Source: Polyangiales bacterium (GTDB lineage Bacteria > Myxococcota_A > Polyangia > Polyangiales > Polyangiaceae). Taken from it: a DNA stretch of 64,000 nt. The stretch is from assembly GCA_038230375.1 (NCBI GenBank), contig JBBRNJ010000027.1, positions 32,498 to 96,497 on the forward strand, written 5' to 3'. The notes beneath the pieces are model-generated. The model did no database searches and had not been told where the DNA came from. It was given only the letters and a program-made list of their open reading frames with translations. A program made the position numbers and the translations under genes. Positions 18,415-28,537 of the stretch are shown here, one piece after another (position 1 is the first letter of the stretch; each line of letters begins with the position of its first letter).

Positions 18415-18430
18415 CGGCACTGCTGTTGCT
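18415..18430 (+). promoter_or_regulatory. sigma54 (-24/-12) promoter
   Basis: CGGCAC-TGCTG-TTGCT matches YGGCAC-N5-TTGCW with exact GG-N10-GC spacing, 12 nt before the ATG at 18443. Confidence 0.7.
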
Positions 18431-18442
18431 TGCGAACAGGGC

Positions 18443-19186
18443 ATGCGCACCATTGGGATCGTTCAAGCTCGGATGGGGTCCACGCGGCTGCCCGGGAAGG
18501 TGGCCATGCCGCTCGCCGGGGTCACCGCCCTGGAGCGTTGCTTGCGCCGCGTTCGCCAGGCCGCACTCCTGGACGACGTTGTCGTCGCGACCTCGGACCA
18601 CGTGCGTGACGACGAGGTCGTGCGCATCGCATCACGCGCTGGCGTGAGCTGCTTCCGCGGCAGCGAGGAGAACGTGCTCGGGCGGTACGCAGATGCCGCA
18701 CAGGAGTACCGCGCGGACGTGGTTGTGCGGGTCACCTCCGACTGCCCGCTCATCGATCCGGGGATCGTGGACGCCGTGGTGGGGGCCATGCGCTCCGCCG
18801 GCGCGGACTACGCCTCGAACGTGGCGCAACGCCATCTTCCGCGCGGACTGGACGTGGAGGTCATCACCGCCCGCGCGCTCTACTTCGCAGATGCGCTCGC
18901 GGACGAGTCGGCTGATCGTGAGCACGTGACGCGCTTCATCGTCCGCCGACCGTGCTCGTTCATGCTCCGCTCGGTGGTCCTCGATGTCCCGCGTGTCGGC
19001 CTGGAGGACGACCGATGGACGCTCGATACGACCATGGACTACGAGTTCCTCTCGGCGTTGTTCGAGCTCCTGCGCGCGCGCGGTGACCGCGAGGATCGCG
19101 CCCGCTTTCGCGAGGTGCTCGCGATCGTCGACGCGAATCCCGGCCTTCGGGGCCTGAACGCCCATGTCGTGCAGAAGGTCGCATAG
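18443..19186 (+). CDS. spsF: SpsF-like cytidylyltransferase (CMP-nonulosonate synthetase family)
   Basis: IVQARMGSTRLPGKV, RGSEENVL, RVTSDCPLIDP, DREHVT, RWTLDT. Confidence 0.88.
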   Translation: MRTIGIVQARMGSTRLPGKVAMPLAGVTALERCLRRVRQAALLDDVVVATSDHVRDDEVVRIASRAGVSCFRGSEENVLGRYADAAQEYRADVVVRVTSDCPLIDPGIVDAVVGAMRSAGADYASNVAQRHLPRGLDVEVITARALYFADALADESADREHVTRFIVRRPCSFMLRSVVLDVPRVGLEDDRWTLDTTMDYEFLSALFELLRARGDREDRARFREVLAIVDANPGLRGLNAHVVQKVA

Positions 19187-19188
19187 CC

Positions 19189-20409
19189 ATGCAGACAAGG
19201 ACCCAGAAGCCCATCCCCTACGCTCGCCAGCTGGTCGAGCAGGACGACATAGACGCCGTGGTCCGCGTGATGAAGAGCGACGCACTCACTCAGGGGCCCG
19301 AGGTCACCGCCTTCGAGAACGAGCTCGCGGAGGCGGTCGGCTCTCGCTACGCGGTGTGCGTCTCGAGCGGTACTGCAGCGCTCCATATCTCGTGCGTGGC
19401 CGCAGGCGTGCGCCCCGGCAGCATGGGCATCACTTCGCCGATCACCTTCGTCGCGTCCGCAAACGCGATCCGTTACGCGGGCGGACACCCGCGGTTCGCG
19501 GACGTGGACCCGAAAACGGGGCTCGTTTCGGAGGGCGCGATCCGCGCGCTCGCACTGTCGTCGGAGCGGCCGCAGGTGATCATCCCAGTCGACTTTGCAG
19601 GCACTCCCGCGGACCTTCCGAAGATCGGCCGCACCGCGGACACGCTTGGCGCTCTGGTGATAGAGGACGCGGCGCACTCCCTGGGCGCGCGGTACCGCGG
19701 GCCGGACGGCCATTGGGTGAAAGCTGCATCATGCACGCATTCTGCGATGGCAATCCTGAGCTTTCACCCCGTGAAGCACATCACGAGCGGCGAGGGCGGG
19801 GCCGTCACCACGAATGACCGTGGTCTCTACGAGGAGCTCGTGCGCCTTCGCAATCATGGCGTCACGAAGGATCCAGCGCGGCTGAAGAGGCGCGATCCGG
19901 AGCCCTGGTACTACGAGCAGCAGTCGCTCGGATGGAACTACCGCATGAGTGATCTCCACGCCGCGCTTGGTCGTAGCCAGCTTCGAAAGCTCACCCGGTT
20001 CGTCGAGCGTCGCCGCCAGATCGCCGCGACCTACGACCTCGCATTTCGCCGACTCGCGGGCTTCATCGAGCCCCTCGCCGTTCCGGAGGGACGGGAGAGC
20101 GCCTACCACCTGTATCCCGTCTCGCTCGTGCGGCGCGCGCGCGAGTCGCTCGCGGCGGTCGCTGAGCGCAGGCGCGAGCTCTACCTGTCTCTGCACAAGG
20201 ACGGCGTGCAGACACAGGTCCACTACATTCCGGTGCCGCGCCAGCCAGACTTCGAGAGCCATGGCTTCACGGACGCCGTTCCAGGCGCGGACGCGTACTA
20301 CGCGGGCGTCGTCAGCCTGCCGATCTTCCCCGCCATGAGCGACGACGACGTGAACCGAGTGATCGCCGCGGTGAGCCGCGCAAGAGAAAGCTTCAAGGTG
20401 GCAGCGTGA
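19189..20409 (+). CDS. pseC: PseC-like DegT/DnrJ sugar aminotransferase (copy 1)
   Basis: IPYARQ, LTQGP, EDAAHSLG, SFHPVKHITSGEGG, QVHYIP. Confidence 0.88.
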   Translation: MQTRTQKPIPYARQLVEQDDIDAVVRVMKSDALTQGPEVTAFENELAEAVGSRYAVCVSSGTAALHISCVAAGVRPGSMGITSPITFVASANAIRYAGGHPRFADVDPKTGLVSEGAIRALALSSERPQVIIPVDFAGTPADLPKIGRTADTLGALVIEDAAHSLGARYRGPDGHWVKAASCTHSAMAILSFHPVKHITSGEGGAVTTNDRGLYEELVRLRNHGVTKDPARLKRRDPEPWYYEQQSLGWNYRMSDLHAALGRSQLRKLTRFVERRRQIAATYDLAFRRLAGFIEPLAVPEGRESAYHLYPVSLVRRARESLAAVAERRRELYLSLHKDGVQTQVHYIPVPRQPDFESHGFTDAVPGADAYYAGVVSLPIFPAMSDDDVNRVIAAVSRARESFKVAA

Positions 20410-22148
20410 GCAACGAGAAGAGATTTCGCATTGGCAACCGCGAGGTGGGCTACGGGAGCAAGGTCTTCATCGTTGCGGAGTTGTCCGCGAACCACGGCGG
20501 ATCCCTCGACGTCGCGCTGCGCACCATCGACGCTGCGCGGGCCGCGGGTGCGGAGGCGATCAAGCTGCAGACGTACACGCCCGACACGCTGACGCTGGCG
20601 TCCGCGTTTGAGCCGTTCGTGGTCAAGACGAACAACGCCTGGGCCGGCCGCACGCTCCACGACCTGTACAAGGAGGCCATGACGCCGTGGGCCTGGCACG
20701 AGCGGCTTCGGGACCATGCGAAGGCGCAGGGACTGGAGTGGTTCTCCACGCCGTTCTGCGCCGAGAGCGCGCGGTTCCTGTACGACCTCGGCGCTCCCGC
20801 CTTCAAGATCGCGAGCTTCGAGCTCCAGCATCTCTCGCTCATCGAGACGGTCGCGCGGTTGCACCGGCCCATGATCCTGTCCACGGGCATGGCGGACGAG
20901 GCGGACGTCGAGGCGGCGCTCATGGCGTGTCACGAGGCAGGCAACAAGGACATCTCGCTGCTGTGCTGCGTGTCTGCCTATCCGGCCAGCCCCGCCAACA
21001 TGAACCTGGAGCGGCTCACGTTCATGGATCGCATGGGCGTGGTCACGGGGCTGTCCGACCACTCGCAGGGCAACACGGCAGCGGTGGTGGCGGTGGCACG
21101 CGGCGCGAAGATCATCGAGAAGCACTTCATCCTCGATCGAAGGCAGGGCGGTCCCGATGCGTTCTTCTCGCAGGAGCCCGCGGAGTTCGCGGCCATGGTG
21201 CGCGACGTGCGCGTGGCGGAGGAGTCGCTGGGGTTTGCCCGCTTCGGCCCGTCGCCGGAAGAAGAGCCCAGCCTGCGCTTCCGGAGAAGCCTGTATTTTG
21301 CACGCGATGTGAAGAAGGGCGACGTTCTCACGCATGAGAACGTGCGGTGCGTTCGCCCGACGGGAGGCCTGCCACCCGCGCAGCTGCCAAAGGTGCTCGG
21401 GCATCGCGCGGCCAACGACGCCAGCTTCGGTGAACCCGTCACGAACGACCACGTGGAGGCGCGCCGGGCGCCGATGCACGTGTTACTGCGCCCGTTCGCG
21501 GGCGACGACAGCGATTTCTTGCGCGACCTCCGCAACGAGGACACCGTCCGCGCGATGAGCTTCCACTCTGACCTCATCACGGAGGCGGAGCACCGCGCGT
21601 ACCTCGCGCGCGTTCAGAACGGAAAGGACCGCGTGATCCTCATCGCCGAGACCGCCTCGGAGCGCGTGGGTCAGGTGACGCTCACGCAGACCGGTGAGCT
21701 GTTCGAGGTGGAGGTGGGGATCATCGTTGCGCCGGGCGCGCGTGGCCGCGGGCTGGGCACGGAGATGCTCGCGGGCGCGGAGCCGTGGGCCAAGGCCATG
21801 GGCGCCAGGCTCATGCGGGCGCGCATCATGATCAGGAACTTTCCGAGCGTTCGGCTCTTCGAGAAGGCCGGCTACTGGGACTTCGTGGGCGTGAGCTCGG
21901 TGGTGACGTGCAAGCGGCGCATCGTGAGTTACCTGGAGCGGCCCAACAAGAGCCAGCACCTAGCAACGCGCGACGCACCGCCGCCATCCACGAGGCGCCG
22001 CTGGGACGAGATGCGCGCGGAGCTCTCAGCCGACGTCGTGCCGCCCAAGAGCGATCGGATCGCACGCACGAGGTCCGGCACGCTGCCCGTTCCGGAGATG
22101 ACGGACATGAGCCCGCCGCGCTCAAGGAAATTGCCCACGGGGACCTGA
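20406..22148 (+). CDS. pseI: Pseudaminic acid synthase (NeuB + SAF) fused to PseH-like GNAT acetyltransferase (copy 1)
   Basis: AELSANH, KLQTYTPDT, KIASFE, GLSDH, IEKHF, RRSLY; then LRP...RN...ARGRGLG GNAT. The C-terminal ~70 aa overlap pseG. Confidence 0.9.
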   Translation: MSNEKRFRIGNREVGYGSKVFIVAELSANHGGSLDVALRTIDAARAAGAEAIKLQTYTPDTLTLASAFEPFVVKTNNAWAGRTLHDLYKEAMTPWAWHERLRDHAKAQGLEWFSTPFCAESARFLYDLGAPAFKIASFELQHLSLIETVARLHRPMILSTGMADEADVEAALMACHEAGNKDISLLCCVSAYPASPANMNLERLTFMDRMGVVTGLSDHSQGNTAAVVAVARGAKIIEKHFILDRRQGGPDAFFSQEPAEFAAMVRDVRVAEESLGFARFGPSPEEEPSLRFRRSLYFARDVKKGDVLTHENVRCVRPTGGLPPAQLPKVLGHRAANDASFGEPVTNDHVEARRAPMHVLLRPFAGDDSDFLRDLRNEDTVRAMSFHSDLITEAEHRAYLARVQNGKDRVILIAETASERVGQVTLTQTGELFEVEVGIIVAPGARGRGLGTEMLAGAEPWAKAMGARLMRARIMIRNFPSVRLFEKAGYWDFVGVSSVVTCKRRIVSYLERPNKSQHLATRDAPPPSTRRRWDEMRAELSADVVPPKSDRIARTRSGTLPVPEMTDMSPPRSRKLPTGT

Positions 22149-22954
22149 TTGTCGGACACGGGGATCGCGAGCGCAGGGCGCCCGATGCAGGCGATCTCGA
22201 GACACGTGCTCCCTGCGGCCGTGATCACCGCGTCTGCCAGCGCGATGCGGTTCGCCATGTCGGTTGCGCCCACAGTGAGCGTGGCGCCTGGTAGCGTCGC
22301 CACGGCCTCCTTCGCAGCGTCTATCTTCGGGTCCGCCGCGCCAACAACGACGTCGACTGCGAGGTGGAGCTCGGTCTCGAGCAGCGCCGTGATGACGCGC
22401 GGCAACAGCCCGAGTGGGTCTGCCCCACCCAGCGTGACGAGGAGGCGCGGTGGCCCGATGCGAACGGCGACGGGTTGGTCGCGCGCCGCTGCGAACTCCG
22501 GCCGCAGGAGCGCGTACGCGGGGCCGGTGAGGACGACCGCGTCCGCGCGCGGGGTGTAGCTGACGTCGGTGGCGAAGAAGTTCGGATTCACGACGACATT
22601 GGCGTCGCTGCTGGGTGGCAGGCCCGTGTCGTCGACGTAGAGGACGTGCGTGCCGGCGGCGACAAGCGCGCGCACGTCGTCGCGTGCGATGCCGTAGCTA
22701 TAGATGGCGACCCGGTTCGCGCCGAGCTCTCGTGCGACATCCAGGAGCGCCGACCCAGTGAGCGCTGTCGCGGGTCCGAGCTCCCCGCCGTTGCCTTCGA
22801 TGAAGGCGCGAACGCGGGGGTCCGCGCTCTGCGTGCAGAACACGGTCCGCGCACTCTGGGCGCGTAGTGCGACCCCGAGCGCCGAGAGGCGAGCGATGTG
22901 CCCGAGACCGATGTCGGCAGACGCGGGCGCCGCGAGGAGAACGACCTCCTTCAC
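21929..22954 (-). CDS. pseG: UDP-2,4-diacetamido-2,4,6-trideoxy-altropyranose hydrolase-like (PseG/SpsG)
   Basis: IGLGHIAR, GPAYALLRPEF, LVTLGGAD, AAGST, DNQ, VDGGGASRV. Confidence 0.88.
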   Translation of the reverse strand: MKEVVLLAAPASADIGLGHIARLSALGVALRAQSARTVFCTQSADPRVRAFIEGNGGELGPATALTGSALLDVARELGANRVAIYSYGIARDDVRALVAAGTHVLYVDDTGLPPSSDANVVVNPNFFATDVSYTPRADAVVLTGPAYALLRPEFAAARDQPVAVRIGPPRLLVTLGGADPLGLLPRVITALLETELHLAVDVVVGAADPKIDAAKEAVATLPGATLTVGATDMANRIALADAVITAAGSTCLEIACIGRPALAIPVSDNQVPVGNFLERGGLMSVISGTGSVPDLVRAIRSLLGGTTSAESSARISSQRRLVDGGGASRVARCWLLLGRSR

Positions 22955-22957
22955 GTC

Positions 22958-25207
22958 TCAGTGCGGCGAGTCGCCGGGCCGTGGCTGCGGACGCTCGTCC
23001 TGGACGATCGCCGACGGGTCGGTCGCGCCGTATCCCTCGCGGCGATAGTAGTAATACGAGTACGCGTACGAGTAGGCCGAGTTGTCGAAGTCGACGGCAT
23101 TGAGCACTACGCCCATGATCGGAGCATCAACGTCGCGCAGAGCGCGCAGGCCCTGCTGCGCGATATCGCTAGAGGTCTTGAACGCCCGAACGACCATGAT
23201 GACGCCGTCCACGAGCTTGGCCGCGATCGTTGCGTCCGTCACCGCCATGAGCGGCGGGCTGTCGATGATCACGCGATCGAAGCGCTCACCAAGCTCATCC
23301 AGGAACTTGCGGAAGCGTACCGAGTGAACAATCTCCGCGGGGTTTGGTGGGATCGGACCCGAAGTCACGCAGGAGAGGTTCGGGACCTCAGTGGGCCGGA
23401 CGACCTCGTCGATGGTCGCGTCGCCGAGCAGGACGTTGGTGAGCCCAGCGTCACCGACGCGATCGAACACGCGATGGAGGCGCGGACGCCGCAGGTCGCA
23501 GTCAAGGATGCACACTCGCTGACCGCTCTGCGCAAGCGAGATCGCCAGCGTGCACGCGACCGTGGTCTTGCCCTCGGCCGGCGCTGAGCTGGTTACCAGG
23601 ATGCGCCGGTTGGGGTTGTCCGGATTCATGAACATCACGTTGGTTCGGATCGTCCGTGCTCCCTCCGCGATGGTGGACATTGGACGGTGGTGCGCCACGA
23701 GCTCGGGTGGGCCCAATGGATCGGTGGACATGGGGCGCCGAGGCGACTTCCCCTTCTTGCGTTTGCCGCTTGTTCCGCGGATGCCCTCGGCATCGACGTC
23801 GGGTAGGAGGCCCAGGAAGGTGACGCCGAGTCGCTGATCGATGTCGTCTGGCGTCTTGAGGCTGCGGTCGGCTTGGTCGCGAAGGAACATCAAGGCAACA
23901 CCGGCGACGAGGCCTACGAGCGTGCCGATGCCGGTGATCATCGGCACCTTGGGTCGAATCGGCACCTTCGGCTCCGGTGCGCTGTCGATCAACCGGATGT
24001 TGTTTGTGTTCATCATGCGGCGAAGGTCGGCTTCCTTCGTCTGCTCGAGGAGCACGCCGTAAAGGCGCTCGTTCTGCGCGCGGAGCCGATCCAGACGGTG
24101 GTACTCTAGCTCCTTCAAGTTCAGCTCAACGGCCTTCCTGCGAGAGGCCTCATACAGGTTCAGCTCGCCGGCCTCTTGCCGCTCCATGATGGCGAGGTCG
24201 CGGCCGACGGCGCCCTGGATGTTCTTGATCTCCTCGTAGAGCATCTGTCGGGCCTGGGAGACCTTCTCGTCCGTCTTCTTCACGCTCGGGTGGTTGTCGC
24301 CCTTGCCCTCGGCGACGAGCTCTCGACGCTCCCGAACCGCGGTCTGGTAGTTCGTTCGGAGGCCACTGAGAAATGTGTTGCTCAGGAGCTCCGAGGAGGG
24401 AACTTCCTCGATGTGGTCGGGGCTGATCTTGGAGAGCTCCGCATGGCGCGCCGCCAGTTCCTGCTTTCGCATGCGGGTGTGGGTGAGCGCGTTGTCGTAC
24501 TCATGCATCTCCTCGCGGACCTGCTTGGAGACCTCCTCCAGCGAGCTCGACGGAAGGTCATTCTTCTTCTTGAACTCGTGAAGCTGGTTCTCAGTGGACT
24601 CCAGTTCCCCATGAAAGTGATCCAGCTGCGTTGACAGCCACACGAGCGTGTCGCTTGTGGCGCTCACCGTCTTTTCCAGGTTCTGTGCGATGTACGCCCG
24701 CGAGACCGCATCCGCGAGGCGGCGGGCCTGCGCCGGTGAGGTATGCTCGATGCGTACGTTGACGAGGCGACTGCCCTTCACGGGCTCGATGGTTGCGTGC
24801 ACGCGCAGTGCGCTGATCGTGTCCTCCAGCGGAACGGGGGTTGCTGGCTTGAAGCCCCAGAAATCAACGTCCGTCTGGAGGCCGAGGTCGCGCACGACAA
24901 CGCCAAGGACGCGGTTCGACAGCATCACGCGGTACTGGGTCTCGTAATATGACTGCGTGTCCCACACGGCGCTCCAGCCGACCATGGGGTCCTGCTTGTT
25001 GCCGAGGGGACGAATGACGTCAGGGTCAAACTCGAGGAGCGTGGCGGCGTCGTACACCTTCGGCTGGCTCTTGCCGTAGAAGAGGGCAGCTGCACTCGAA
25101 AGGACCAAGCTCACGACCAAGAACGGCCAGTGTTTGCGGACCACCCGCCGCACCATCTTGACGATGTCGGTTGCGTTCGCTTGTTTCGGAGGTGTCGGCT
25201 CGGCCAT
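22958..25207 (-). CDS. wzc: Polysaccharide co-polymerase / tyrosine autokinase
   Basis: Two TM helices around a coiled coil; Walker A SSAPAEGKTT, DCDLRRP, IIDSPP; Tyr cluster YSYAYSYYYY. Confidence 0.93.
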   Translation of the reverse strand: MAEPTPPKQANATDIVKMVRRVVRKHWPFLVVSLVLSSAAALFYGKSQPKVYDAATLLEFDPDVIRPLGNKQDPMVGWSAVWDTQSYYETQYRVMLSNRVLGVVVRDLGLQTDVDFWGFKPATPVPLEDTISALRVHATIEPVKGSRLVNVRIEHTSPAQARRLADAVSRAYIAQNLEKTVSATSDTLVWLSTQLDHFHGELESTENQLHEFKKKNDLPSSSLEEVSKQVREEMHEYDNALTHTRMRKQELAARHAELSKISPDHIEEVPSSELLSNTFLSGLRTNYQTAVRERRELVAEGKGDNHPSVKKTDEKVSQARQMLYEEIKNIQGAVGRDLAIMERQEAGELNLYEASRRKAVELNLKELEYHRLDRLRAQNERLYGVLLEQTKEADLRRMMNTNNIRLIDSAPEPKVPIRPKVPMITGIGTLVGLVAGVALMFLRDQADRSLKTPDDIDQRLGVTFLGLLPDVDAEGIRGTSGKRKKGKSPRRPMSTDPLGPPELVAHHRPMSTIAEGARTIRTNVMFMNPDNPNRRILVTSSAPAEGKTTVACTLAISLAQSGQRVCILDCDLRRPRLHRVFDRVGDAGLTNVLLGDATIDEVVRPTEVPNLSCVTSGPIPPNPAEIVHSVRFRKFLDELGERFDRVIIDSPPLMAVTDATIAAKLVDGVIMVVRAFKTSSDIAQQGLRALRDVDAPIMGVVLNAVDFDNSAYSYAYSYYYYRREGYGATDPSAIVQDERPQPRPGDSPH

Positions 25208-25348
25208 ATAAGTCGGTATCTCGTTCGGCGGTAGTACTCGGGGGATGAGTTGCGTGGAGAGGGCAGACCATTCCGCGCGCGCGCTCAAACCCTGGAATTC
25301 AAGGCGTGTCCTAGCGCACCCAGGCGTGTGCGCAAGCGCTCAGGCGGT

Positions 25349-26590
25349 TCACTTGCGTGCCAGGCCGCGATACAGGCGCTCGTATCGAGGGATTCCAACG
25401 GTTTCCAGGCCGAAGTGCTTCTGGGCGGCGGCAAGGGTCGCGAGGGTCCGCTCAGGAATCGGCTGCCGACCCAACCTGATCACTCGCTCAGTGGCGACGC
25501 TCACATCTGTTTCCGAGAAGGAGTCCAGGACGACGCAAGCTTCCAGCTCGCCCGCCAGCGCCGCCTGGTCTCCGATATCGCCGTTCACTACAACGGGCAG
25601 CCCCGCGGCGAGGTATTCGCCAACCTTGGTGGGGCTCGAGCCCTTCTTTGCGAACGAGCTCTGGATGAAGGACAGCGCGAGATCGCCGCCGGCGAGCATG
25701 GTGGGCATCTCGGACGGCGGCACGCGCATGGTCCGGTACTGGGCGGGGGGGAGTCCGGCCGAGATGGCGAGTTCTCGGAGGTTCGTGGGATCCCCCGGCG
25801 TCAGCACACAGAACGTGGTTCGCGGGTCGCGCGCGACGAGCCCACCGACGAAGCGTGCCATCTCCGGCTCTCTGTACACCGGGCCGAGCGAGCCCGCGTA
25901 CATGACACACGTCTCGTCGGTGAGTCCGAGCTTGGCCCTCGCGATCCTCCGGTTCTCGGGGGTAAAGCGAAACTTGGGGATGTCGGTGCAGCACGGGATC
26001 GCGTCGACCAGCAACCCCTCACGGATCCATCCGTTCTCCTGGAGCCAATCGCGGAGCGCGGAGGTGAGGACGACGAGACCGTCGGCCTTGGAGAAGAGGC
26101 GCTCCTCGTAGGCCTTGACCAGGTAGTACTCGGGTCGGTCCCTGCTCCAGTAGCCGCAATCCACATATTCATCCGCGAGCATGCCGCGGCAATCGAAGAG
26201 CAGCTTTGACCCGGGAGAGACGGTCGCGATGAGATCGCAGATGGCACTGGGAAAATAGCTTCGCCCGTGGACCACCTGCGGCCGTCGCAGAAGGGCGGTC
26301 ACGAGCGCCGCGAGGGTGCCGCGCCCGGCCTCGAGGAGCTTGGTGCGGAGCCGTGGATCGCGCTTGCGCGTGAGGGCATGGTAGCGGATGCCCTCCTTCG
26401 CGAGGTCTGCGCGGAGTGCCGCGAGCGCTTCCTCCGGGGCTGACTCGAGCTCGAACGCGAAGAGATCGTACTCGACGCCACGCCGAGCCAGTCCTCGCAC
26501 GTACGGAAGAACCTGCGATTGGCCAAGGTTTTCGAGCATCCCGTTCTGCGAAATGTAGAGCGCGCGCATGGTCGTCGGTAGAGCATTCAT
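25349..26590 (-). CDS. Glycosyltransferase family 4
   Basis: GQSQVLPY, YAGSLG, SSPTKVGEYLAAGLPVV. Start could be the second Met. Confidence 0.88.
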   Translation of the reverse strand: MNALPTTMRALYISQNGMLENLGQSQVLPYVRGLARRGVEYDLFAFELESAPEEALAALRADLAKEGIRYHALTRKRDPRLRTKLLEAGRGTLAALVTALLRRPQVVHGRSYFPSAICDLIATVSPGSKLLFDCRGMLADEYVDCGYWSRDRPEYYLVKAYEERLFSKADGLVVLTSALRDWLQENGWIREGLLVDAIPCCTDIPKFRFTPENRRIARAKLGLTDETCVMYAGSLGPVYREPEMARFVGGLVARDPRTTFCVLTPGDPTNLRELAISAGLPPAQYRTMRVPPSEMPTMLAGGDLALSFIQSSFAKKGSSPTKVGEYLAAGLPVVVNGDIGDQAALAGELEACVVLDSFSETDVSVATERVIRLGRQPIPERTLATLAAAQKHFGLETVGIPRYERLYRGLARK

Positions 26591-26617
26591 GGTAAGCGTG
26601 GCGCCTCGCGGGTGCCT

Positions 26618-27391
26618 ATGAAAGTTGTCCTTCTAGCCGGTGGAATGGGGACGCGTCTCGCTGAGTACACGGAGGCGCGGCCAAAGCCGATGGTCGAGAT
26701 CGGGGGCCGCCCGATCCTCTGGTACCTGATGCAGCACTACGCGCACTACGGCTTCGCGGAGTTCGTCGTGGCATTGGGCTACAAGGGCGACTTCATCAAA
26801 CGCTACTTTCTCGACTACCACGGCCTTTCGGGAAGCATGTCCGTGTCCCTGAAGGACGGTCGGGTGACGCCACTGGGCTCGCAGGTGGTCGAGGAGTGGA
26901 ACGTTGACCTGATCGACACCGGGCAGGACACGATGACGGGCGGTCGCGTGCTCCGTGCGCGCCCGTTCGTCCACGACTCCACGTTCATGGTCACCTACGG
27001 AGACGGCCTCTCGGACGTGGACCTCGGCAAGCTGCTGTCGTTCCACAAGGCGCACGGGAAGATCGCTACGGTGACCGCAGTGCGTCCCCCGGCCCGCTTC
27101 GGAGGGCTCGTCTTCGAAGGAGACCGCGTGGCGGAGTTCACTGAGAAGCCGCAGATCGGCGAAGGCTGGATCAATGGCGGCTTCATGTGCTTCGAGCCGC
27201 GGATCTTCTCGTATCTGAAAGCCGACGCCACGGTCCTCGAGAAGGACGCGCTCGAGGCGCTTGCTCGCGATGGCGAGCTCATGGCCTTCCGTCATGAGGG
27301 GTTCTGGCAGTGCATGGACACCGTCCGCGATCTCAAGGTCCTCGAGGGTCTGTGGAGTTCCAAGAATCCGCCCTGGAAGCTCTGGGCCTGA
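26618..27391 (+). CDS. rfbF: Glucose-1-phosphate cytidylyltransferase
   Basis: LAGGMGTRLAE, PKPMVEIG, TMTGGR, WINGGF, FWQCMDTVRD. Confidence 0.95.
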   Translation: MKVVLLAGGMGTRLAEYTEARPKPMVEIGGRPILWYLMQHYAHYGFAEFVVALGYKGDFIKRYFLDYHGLSGSMSVSLKDGRVTPLGSQVVEEWNVDLIDTGQDTMTGGRVLRARPFVHDSTFMVTYGDGLSDVDLGKLLSFHKAHGKIATVTAVRPPARFGGLVFEGDRVAEFTEKPQIGEGWINGGFMCFEPRIFSYLKADATVLEKDALEALARDGELMAFRHEGFWQCMDTVRDLKVLEGLWSSKNPPWKLWA

Positions 27392-27550
27392 GCCCTCGGA
27401 GTGCCGGTACGCGCCCAACGGTGGGACTTCCGAATGTTCTCCGGCCTCGGGCACCAAAACGGGGGCCTTCAAAACGATCGTCCCGGCCCGCGACCGAGCT
27501 TGAGTCCGGGCGACGAAGAGGGGTAGAAGATCGCGGATCATGGTGTTCTC

Positions 27551-28537
27551 GTGAGCAGCTTTTTCACCGACCGTCCCGTCTTCGTGACTGGCGGCACTGG
27601 GCTCGTGGGCAGCTGGCTGTGCAGGCGGCTCGTAGAGGCCGGTGCAGACGTCGTGTGCCTGGTGCGCGACTGGGTACCCGCGAGCGAGCTCTCGCGCTCC
27701 GGCACCATGGGCAAGATCCGCGTCGTCCGCGGCGACGTGTGCGATCAGGCCCTGATGGAGCGCGCGCTCGGCGAGTACGAGGTCGACACCGTCATCCACC
27801 TTGCGGCGCAGACCATCGTCGGTATTGCGAACCGCAACCCGGTGTCCACCTTCGAGTCGAACATCCAGGGCACGTGGGCGCTGCTCGAGGCATGCCGTCG
27901 CAGCCCCAAGGTGAAGTCCATCGTCGTTGCCAGCAGCGACAAGGCCTACGGCGACTGCGACAAGCTCCCCTACGACGAGACCACTCCGCTCGAAGGTCGC
28001 CACCCGTACGACGTGTCGAAGTCATGCTCCGACCTCATCGCTCAGGCCTACGCAAAGTCGTACGGACTGCCTGTCGTCATCACGCGGTGCGGGAATTTCT
28101 ACGGCGGCGGCGATCTCAACTGGAACCGCATCGTGCCGGGCACCATCCGCAGCATCCTCCGGAACGAGCGCCCGATCATCCGCTCCGACGGCAAGTTCGT
28201 GCGCGACTACTTCTACGTGGAAGAGGGCGCGCGCGCGTACATGATGCTCGCGGAGAAGCTCGCGAAGGACAGCTCGCTCATCGGCGAGGCGTTCAACTTC
28301 AGTAACGAGCTGCAGGTCACCGTGCTCGACCTGGTCGCGCGCATCCAGAAGGCGATGGGCTCGAGCCTCGAGCCCGACGTCCGCAACGAGGCCTCGAACG
28401 AGATCATCCATCAGTACCTCTCCGCCAAGAAAGCGCGGGAGCGGCTGTCGTGGGCGCCGGAGCTCTCGCTCGAGGATGGGCTCGCGCGAACGGTCACCTG
28501 GTACAAGGAGTTCGTCGGTCCAGAGGGGGCGGCGTGA
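27551..28537 (+). CDS. rfbG: CDP-glucose 4,6-dehydratase-like extended SDR
   Basis: [43 protein letters not shown]; follows rfbF. Confidence 0.82.
   Translation: MSSFFTDRPVFVTGGTGLVGSWLCRRLVEAGADVVCLVRDWVPASELSRSGTMGKIRVVRGDVCDQALMERALGEYEVDTVIHLAAQTIVGIANRNPVSTFESNIQGTWALLEACRRSPKVKSIVVASSDKAYGDCDKLPYDETTPLEGRHPYDVSKSCSDLIAQAYAKSYGLPVVITRCGNFYGGGDLNWNRIVPGTIRSILRNERPIIRSDGKFVRDYFYVEEGARAYMMLAEKLAKDSSLIGEAFNFSNELQVTVLDLVARIQKAMGSSLEPDVRNEASNEIIHQYLSAKKARERLSWAPELSLEDGLARTVTWYKEFVGPEGAA

Noticed and set aside
25227..25234. GGCGGTAG as an ops/JUMPstart element
   Set aside because: It is on the strand opposite wzc, lacks the rest of the consensus, and is expected by chance at this GC content.
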